DNA of 64,000 nucleotides from positions 64,001 to 128,000 of IMG/VR virus record IMGVR_UViG_3300020049_016424; one strand, written 5' to 3'. Source of the DNA: a virus. Its lineage: Duplodnaviria; Caudoviricetes. The notes beneath the pieces are model-generated. The model was given only the letters and a program-made list of their open reading frames with translations, made no database searches and had not been told where the DNA came from. Each line of letters opens with the position of its first letter. Positions within the stretch are counted from its first letter, which is position 1. Shown one piece after another: positions 58,573 to 64,000 of this stretch. The translations under genes were made by a program, and so were the position numbers.

Positions 58573-60369
58573 ATGAAGACGCTCGGCCAGCACCTGCTCG
58601 ATGACGCCGTACCCGCCGGCTATCGCCCACAAGGGGCTTGGACGCGCGGGGCGCTCTACAAGCAGATGGTGCGGCTCGCGCAAGACGACCCCGAAACGTA
58701 CACGCAGACCATCGTCCGGGTGAAGAACCTGGGCGATGAGCTCGCGACGCTCGAGGGCATCAGCGTCGGTCTCGACGACATCGCACCGATCCACGCGACG
58801 CGGGATGCCGTGATGAAGCCCGCGATCTCCGCCTTCAACAAGGCGACGACCGACACGCAACGCCGCAAGGTCGTCATGGACACGCAGGCGAAGCTCGTCG
58901 CGCAGACCAAGGACCATCCCGGAACGCTCGGCGCGATGGCGCGTTCAGGCGGCCGCGGTAACCAGGTGCAGCTGATGAAGACGGTGGGCAGCCCCGTGGC
59001 CGCAAACGACGAGCGGGACGTGGCGCAGCCCTGGCTGATCCGCAACTCCTACAGCGAGGGCCTCAAGCCCGCAGACTGGTGGACCGCGAATCGCGAAGCG
59101 CGCATGGCCGCGGTGAAGTCGACCATCGAGGTCACCGAGCCGGGCGACCTCTCGAAGATCATCGTCAACAACACCACCGGCCAAGTCGTCACCACGCACG
59201 ACTGCGGCAGCTACAACGGCCTCGAGTTCCAAACGACGTCGTCTGAGATCTACGACCGATACCTCGCAGGCGCCGCGGGCGGCTTCCCGCACAACACGCT
59301 CATCGACAAACGCGTCGTCGACGAACTCCGCAAGAAGAACATCACGAAGGTCATCGTGCGCTCTCCGATGACGTGCGAGGCTTCGACCGGCGTGTGCCAG
59401 CTCTGCATGGGTCGCGCCGTCACCGGCAAGCTCAACCGCATCGGGGACAACGTCGGCGTGCGCGCTTCGCACGCGATGGGCGAACCCCTCACGCAGCTCG
59501 CGCTCAACGCCAAGCACGGCGTGCGCACAGCGGGCGGCGCCGCGGGCGTCAGCGGTCTCGAGGGCTTCCGGGCGCTGATCGAAAGCCCCGTGACCTTCAA
59601 GGGCAAGGCGGCGCTCGCGCCGGTGAAGGGCACCGTAACGAAGATCGAAGCCGCGCCCCAGGGCGGTACGTTCTTCCACATGGGCGAACACCGCGTGCAC
59701 GCACTACCGGGGCTGCGCGCCGTCGTGAAGGCGGGCGACTCAGTGCATGCCGGGGACGTGCTCTCCGAAGGCACGCCGCGTCCGATGGAGGTCGTGGCGC
59801 TCAAGGGCCTCGGTGCCGGTCGGGACTACCTGGTGAACCAGCTCGGCACGATCTACAGGGACGCAGGCATCGACGTCGATCGCCGGCACCTCGAGATCCT
59901 CGCCAAGAGTACGCTGAATCACATGAAGGTCGACAAGATCGGTCAGAACGACCATGGCGTCGTTCGGGGCGACGTCATCACCTACAACAAGTTCCGGCAG
60001 ATCGTGAAAGACTCGATCGAGGACACGCCGCTTTCAGACGCCGAGGGCGAGTACCTCGCGGCGCCGGTGTTCGAGCACCTTCCAGGCACCCGCATCACTT
60101 CGGGCCTGATGGCCGATCTACGCCGGCGCGGTGTGAAGTCCGTGAAGACCGCCGCGGGCGCTCCGCAGGTGTCGCCCATCATGGCGCCTGCCACGCGTAA
60201 TCCGCTCTTGAACCCCGACTGGATGGCCCGCATGGGGCATCGCCTGCTCAAGCAGACGCTTCTCGACGCGGCGCACCAGGCGCACACGAGCGACATTCAC
60301 GGCGCATCGCCGATTCCCGCCATGATCTATAGCGCCGAGTTCGGCGAAGGTTTCGACGGGCACTACTAA
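58573..60369 (+). CDS. rpoC: RNA polymerase beta' C-terminal half
   Basis: MARSGGRG, SYSEGL, bridge-helix-like AR...K...T.EPGDLSK, DCG, RSPMTC...VCQLCMG, trigger-loop-like GEPLTQLALNAKH, DRRHLEIL. Confidence 0.88.
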   Translation: MKTLGQHLLDDAVPAGYRPQGAWTRGALYKQMVRLAQDDPETYTQTIVRVKNLGDELATLEGISVGLDDIAPIHATRDAVMKPAISAFNKATTDTQRRKVVMDTQAKLVAQTKDHPGTLGAMARSGGRGNQVQLMKTVGSPVAANDERDVAQPWLIRNSYSEGLKPADWWTANREARMAAVKSTIEVTEPGDLSKIIVNNTTGQVVTTHDCGSYNGLEFQTTSSEIYDRYLAGAAGGFPHNTLIDKRVVDELRKKNITKVIVRSPMTCEASTGVCQLCMGRAVTGKLNRIGDNVGVRASHAMGEPLTQLALNAKHGVRTAGGAAGVSGLEGFRALIESPVTFKGKAALAPVKGTVTKIEAAPQGGTFFHMGEHRVHALPGLRAVVKAGDSVHAGDVLSEGTPRPMEVVALKGLGAGRDYLVNQLGTIYRDAGIDVDRRHLEILAKSTLNHMKVDKIGQNDHGVVRGDVITYNKFRQIVKDSIEDTPLSDAEGEYLAAPVFEHLPGTRITSGLMADLRRRGVKSVKTAAGAPQVSPIMAPATRNPLLNPDWMARMGHRLLKQTLLDAAHQAHTSDIHGASPIPAMIYSAEFGEGFDGHY

Positions 60370-60405
60370 TCTCTGTGGGGAGATTCGTGGTAGAAAGGGA
60401 GTAAC

Positions 60406-60912
60406 ATGGACGACTCGACGAAAGAGATGCTTGGCGGCGGTGCCCTTGTCGCAGGGGGTGCCGGCCTAGGCCCTGCGTGGCGCATGCTCAAGGAGCCCGC
60501 GGTAGCTACAGCCCAGGCGGGCGCGGAAGTTGCGCAGAACGCCCACATGCACGCAGCGAACGCGCATGAGGTAGCGTACCGGCAATTTTCCGACGCTGCA
60601 CAGCGCCACCGACAAGGCCTTCCTCCGCTCCCAGGTGCGCCTGGAACCCCTGCAGCTGCAGAAGATTTGGTCCAGGCTGCGCGAGATCGCTATTACCGCG
60701 CAAGTGATTTCGCGGGGTACCGGGCGCGGGATGCAACCGCTGCTAGAGAAGCAGCCGAGAACGCTGCGCGGCGATTCCATACCGGCAGGGGCGCGCTGTA
60801 CGCCCTCGGAGGCACCGCAGCCCTTGGCGGTACCGCCCTCTTGGGCAAGGGCGTTTATGACGCCTACAACGAAGGCAAGACCGCTGCCCTGCGAACCTTC
60901 AGGGTCCGCTGA
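60406..60912 (+). CDS. Ala/Gly-rich protein with hydrophobic ends (putative virion)
   Basis: SD GGGAG; GGALVAGGAGLG and ALGGTAALGGTALLG; ends GKTAALRTF. Confidence 0.6.
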   Translation: MDDSTKEMLGGGALVAGGAGLGPAWRMLKEPAVATAQAGAEVAQNAHMHAANAHEVAYRQFSDAAQRHRQGLPPLPGAPGTPAAAEDLVQAARDRYYRASDFAGYRARDATAAREAAENAARRFHTGRGALYALGGTAALGGTALLGKGVYDAYNEGKTAALRTFRVR

Positions 60913-61034
60913 AGGCCCTCGACGCCCCCTGTTGACTCGCCACCCCCTTCCGAGGCATTATTTCCGTGTCTCGCCTGTCCACCGCCACGTGTGCGGTGCA
61001 ACTGCCCCAAGATCACATCGTGGAGGAAATGCTC

Positions 61035-62219
61035 ATGACTCAGTCGCCGCTCTACAAGCGCGCATTCGTCCGAGGCCTCAACGCCCACCTCATGCAGGTC
61101 GGCGAGGTCGCGTACACGTCGAAGGAAGCGGCGGACTACGCGGCGGACTTCGTCGCGGACAACACCGGCATGCCGGACCCGTACTTCGAGGGAGACAAGG
61201 TCTCGCTCAAGGTCGCGTCCGACCTCTGCATCAGCCTGAGCCGCGCTGCGGACGCCCTGAACGCCCAGACGGGCGGGGCCTCGGCGGAGCTCAGCAAGCA
61301 GGCCGCGGCCATCGACCCCGTCGCGCAGGCGACCGTCGACGCGTCGAACATCATGCACAAGATCGCGTACGAGACCGAAGGTCCGAACTCGGTCGAAGCT
61401 GCGGCTGCGCACAGCTCGCAGGCGGCGCTCGACGCGCACAACCGCCCGGCCGGCTACGCCAACACCGGTGTCGGCAACTACATCGACAAGGGCCGCGGCC
61501 AGGTCGGTGTCGAAGAGCAGGTCCAGCACGGCGCGCCCACCGAGGGCGGAAGCAACTCGCCGATCGAGAACACCTCGAAGATGGGCGGCGTTCTCAAGGC
61601 AGCGGCTGCTGGCGGACGCACGGGCACCGCGCCGAACACCGTCGCGAACGCGGCGGCGCACAGCGACCAGGCTGCGCTCGACAACAAGAACCGCCCCGCG
61701 GGCTACGCCAACACCGGCGTCGGCAAGACCAGCCTGACCGCGTCGGGCTCGGCCGTCCTCGGCGCCGAGACTTCGGTGAAGCCGAAGGACAAGCCGATGA
61801 CCGGCAGCAACAGCGTCAGCGCCCCGAAGACTGCGGCCGAGCGCCACCTCGAGCGTACTGCAGCGCTCCTGATCCAGTTCCTGCCGACCGCGCTCACGGA
61901 CGTGCAGAAAGTCGCGCACATCCGTGCGTGCGCCGCGCTCACCCCTGCGCAGCAAGTCAACTACCTCACGAAGGTCGCCAGCGTCAGCGGCATCGACCAG
62001 GCCACCGTCGCCCAGATCCCGGACGCGTTCTTCTCGGCTGTGAAGACGGCGAGCGAGGGCGAGGACGACTACGAGGTCGCGCAGGCGCTCGAGGCAGCTG
62101 CGGCCGAGCTCGGCAATCGCGCGGAGCACAAGGAAGACGCCGCCGTGCGCAAGCTCACCGAAGAGAAGACTGCCGCGGCCCTCGCGCAGCTCAGCGCCGC
62201 GACTGCTCGCGTCGCCTGA
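61035..62219 (+). CDS. KxA-motif-rich protein with 25-aa internal repeat (putative virion/scaffold-like)
   Basis: SD GGAGG; KEAA, KVAS, KQAA, KIAY, KTAA, KTAS; AAAHSxQAALDxxNRPAGYANTGVG x2 at 61401-61475 and 61650-61724. Confidence 0.75.
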   Translation: MTQSPLYKRAFVRGLNAHLMQVGEVAYTSKEAADYAADFVADNTGMPDPYFEGDKVSLKVASDLCISLSRAADALNAQTGGASAELSKQAAAIDPVAQATVDASNIMHKIAYETEGPNSVEAAAAHSSQAALDAHNRPAGYANTGVGNYIDKGRGQVGVEEQVQHGAPTEGGSNSPIENTSKMGGVLKAAAAGGRTGTAPNTVANAAAHSDQAALDNKNRPAGYANTGVGKTSLTASGSAVLGAETSVKPKDKPMTGSNSVSAPKTAAERHLERTAALLIQFLPTALTDVQKVAHIRACAALTPAQQVNYLTKVASVSGIDQATVAQIPDAFFSAVKTASEGEDDYEVAQALEAAAAELGNRAEHKEDAAVRKLTEEKTAAALAQLSAATARVA

Positions 62220-62238
62220 AGTCGCTTCTCGTCTCTGG

Positions 62239-62278
62239 AAGCCTGCTCGCAGATCTTGCGAGCGGGCTTTTCCTTTTT
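62239..62278 (+). terminator. intrinsic terminator
   Basis: AAGCCTGCTCGCA-GATCT-TGCGAGCGGGCTT followed by TTCCTTTTT. Confidence 0.8.
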
Positions 62279-62327
62279 CGGGTAGCATGCTCATGGCACG
62301 CCGCCCTTTTGCCCACGAGATTCCCGC

Positions 62328-64000
62328 ATGACGAAGATCGCTGCCCTTGGCCCGGCCATCGATGCCCTCGAGCAGACGCCGACGAATGCATCGAAGGCTC
62401 AGTTCTTCGAACAGCACGTGACCGACCAGGCCTACCAGGCGTTCGACGCCCGGCATCCCGACCTGACCGAGTCCATCGTCACGTTCAAGATGGTGACGAG
62501 TGATCCCGACGCGGGCACGGCCGTCGGCGCCTTCATCCTCGATCTCGCTGGCGAAGCTGCTTACGTCCCCGTGACGTTCCATGCCGACGAGGTCTCGCCC
62601 CTCGACATCCTCTTCGTCGTGAACAAGGGCACCTTCGTGCCCTTCACGCAGGAGTGGGTCGAGGAGGTGCTGCGCAACAGCAGCCAGGGCCTCGGCGAAG
62701 CCCAGAAGCTGCCGCCGACGGTCGCGACCGACATGGACATCCGCAATCTCGTCGTCCCGCCGACGACGGGTCGCTACTCCTACGCGAGCGCCGTCGAGCG
62801 CGGCACCCCCGAGCAGAAGGTGCTCTGGAAGATCGCGGCAGACTCGACGCACCCGCTCGGTGTGTCGATGTGCAAGCGCGCAGAGGAAGCCTTCGACCCG
62901 GGCATGTGGGAAGGCTTCGTCGCGCAGTTCTCGCAGCTCAACGGCATGACGCCGGGCGTCGCGCTCGATCAGGGCCAGATGGACATGAACATCATGTCCA
63001 AGATGTACAAGAGCTACGTCAAGACCTGGATGATGCCGCAGGAAGCTGCGGCGGCTGGCGTAGGCGGGATGGCTCCGGGCGGGCAGCCTGGCGCGCAACC
63101 GGGCATGGCGCCGGGTGCTGCGCCGCAGCAGCCCCCTGCCCCCGGTCCGAACATGCAGCAGCCGGGAGCTGCAGCCCCCGCACCGATGGCGCCGGGCGCC
63201 GCGCAGGCTGCTCCGGGACAGATGCCCGCGGCTGATCCGATGAAGATGGGCTCTGCCGCGTCACAGGGGCTGTTCGCGCGGCTCGGCGGCAAGGCCGACG
63301 ACCTCGCAGGCGTCGTTGCAGAGAACGCTGCTCTCGGCGGCCTCGGCGGCGCGCTCACCAGCGTCTACGACGACGACTACTCGGACATGGGCAGCCGCGC
63401 ACTCAAGGGCTCGCTCGGCGGAACGCTCGGCGGCACCCTCGGGCGCGCGCTCGGCGGCCGCATGAACACGCGCTACCCGCAGCTCGAAGGCCTCGGTGAT
63501 GAGATCGGGCAGCTCGCGGGGCTCGGCATCGGATCTATCTCCGCGGCACGCCCCGGCAGCATCTCGAACGCGCTGCGTCCGAACAGCGCACCACAGCAAG
63601 ACCCCTACGGGGGCATGTACCGCTACGCGGCTTTCGAAGACCCGAAGCCGATGTTCAAGCACGCGTTCGCCGAGCCGCACGAGCGCCCGCTTCGCCTGCT
63701 CGACTACCTCGAGCGCGCGCCGAACAACGTGAAGACCGCGTTCGCGACCGTGCTGAAGAAGCACGTGCCGCTGCTCAAGCTCGCCGCTCAGATCTATGGC
63801 GACAAGGAGCTCGTCGCCGCGCTCAAGCCGCGCGCGAAGGTTGCGGGGCAGACCCCCGAAGGGGGCCTGAAGATCGTCCGCTCGACCGACGGCGTCCAGG
63901 CCTTCGGGCCTCGTGCTGGCGCGGCGTTCCGCGGCGTCGCGATGCGCGGGTACTACTACGAGGACGACGGCAAGCGCCCTGCGCGCAACCAAGCCGTCAT
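62328..64000 (+). CDS. large KxA-motif protein (putative virion), runs off the window
   Basis: Hand-read frame MTKIAALGP...AVGAF...YVPV...PLDIL...PPTTGRYSYAS...KIAA with Pro/Gln/Gly-rich middle; no stop seen, so absent from the ORF track. Confidence 0.75.
   Translation, partial: MTKIAALGPAIDALEQTPTNASKAQFFEQHVTDQAYQAFDARHPDLTESIVTFKMVTSDPDAGTAVGAFILDLAGEAAYVPVTFHADEVSPLDILFVVNKGTFVPFTQEWVEEVLRNSSQGLGEAQKLPPTVATDMDIRNLVVPPTTGRYSYASAVERGTPEQKVLWKIAADSTHPLGVSMCKRAEEAFDPGMWEGFVAQFSQLNGMTPGVALDQGQMDMNIMSKMYKSYVKTWMMPQEAAAAGVGGMAPGGQPGAQPGMAPGAAPQQPPAPGPNMQQPGAAAPAPMAPGAAQAAPGQMPAADPMKMGSAASQGLFARLGGKADDLAGVVAENAALGGLGGALTSVYDDDYSDMGSRALKGSLGGTLGGTLGRALGGRMNTRYPQLEGLGDEIGQLAGLGIGSISAARPGSISNALRPNSAPQQDPYGGMYRYAAFEDPKPMFKHAFAEPHERPLRLLDYLERAPNNVKTAFATVLKKHVPLLKLAAQIYGDKELVAALKPRAKVAGQTPEGGLKIVRSTDGVQAFGPRAGAAFRGVAMRGYYYEDDGKRPARNQAV

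Noticed and set aside
28130-60369. Stop-codon reassignment suggested by the release factor gene
   Set aside because: Polymerase, RNAP, terminase and helicases are uninterrupted in the standard code, and TAA, TAG and TGA all end genes at sensible positions.
60389-60396. Plus-strand GGTAGAAA as another copy of the bipartite promoter
   Set aside because: Lacks the upstream YCVAAR hexamer at 15 nt; the half-site at 15536 fails the same test.
1-64000. tRNA or rRNA genes
   Set aside because: None recognised by eye and intergenic space is minimal; a tRNAscan-SE or Infernal run would be needed to exclude them.

Overview
This GC-rich 64-kb window reads as part of a large (jumbo-type) dsDNA phage genome; that assignment is inferred from the gene set. 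The minus strand carries replication and early-type genes: a family A DNA polymerase with an N-terminal UDG-like domain, two Cas4/RecB-like nucleases, an SNF2 helicase, a ParB fused to a histone-H1-like tail, a RuvC-like resolvase, a MoxR-type AAA+ ATPase, a HEXXH peptidase, a vWA protein and a retron-class reverse transcriptase. The plus strand carries terminase, probable portal, KxA-motif virion-like proteins and a multisubunit RNA polymerase encoded as a beta/beta'-N fusion plus a separate beta'-C gene. Main unexplained structures: (1) about 17 kb made of 73 hand-counted, tandem, mostly ATGA-coupled, Arg/aromatic-rich mini-ORFs sharing an N-terminal M-[KMI]-H-x-F-x(3-4)-W leader, in three arrays interleaved with the AAA+/peptidase/vWA genes and upstream of the RT; (2) an RF1-like release factor lacking domain 1 and interrupted by the RF2-type +1 frameshift site CTT-TGA-C; (3) a bipartite minus-strand promoter-like motif YCVAAR-N15-GGTAVAAG (9 copies with an exact 15-nt spacer), while plus-strand genes have a TAnnnT box 5-7 nt before the start codon; (4) a highly structured ~725-bp non-coding region directly downstream of the RT. 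No CRISPR array, rRNA or tRNA was recognised. All product calls come from motifs read by eye, not from database searches.
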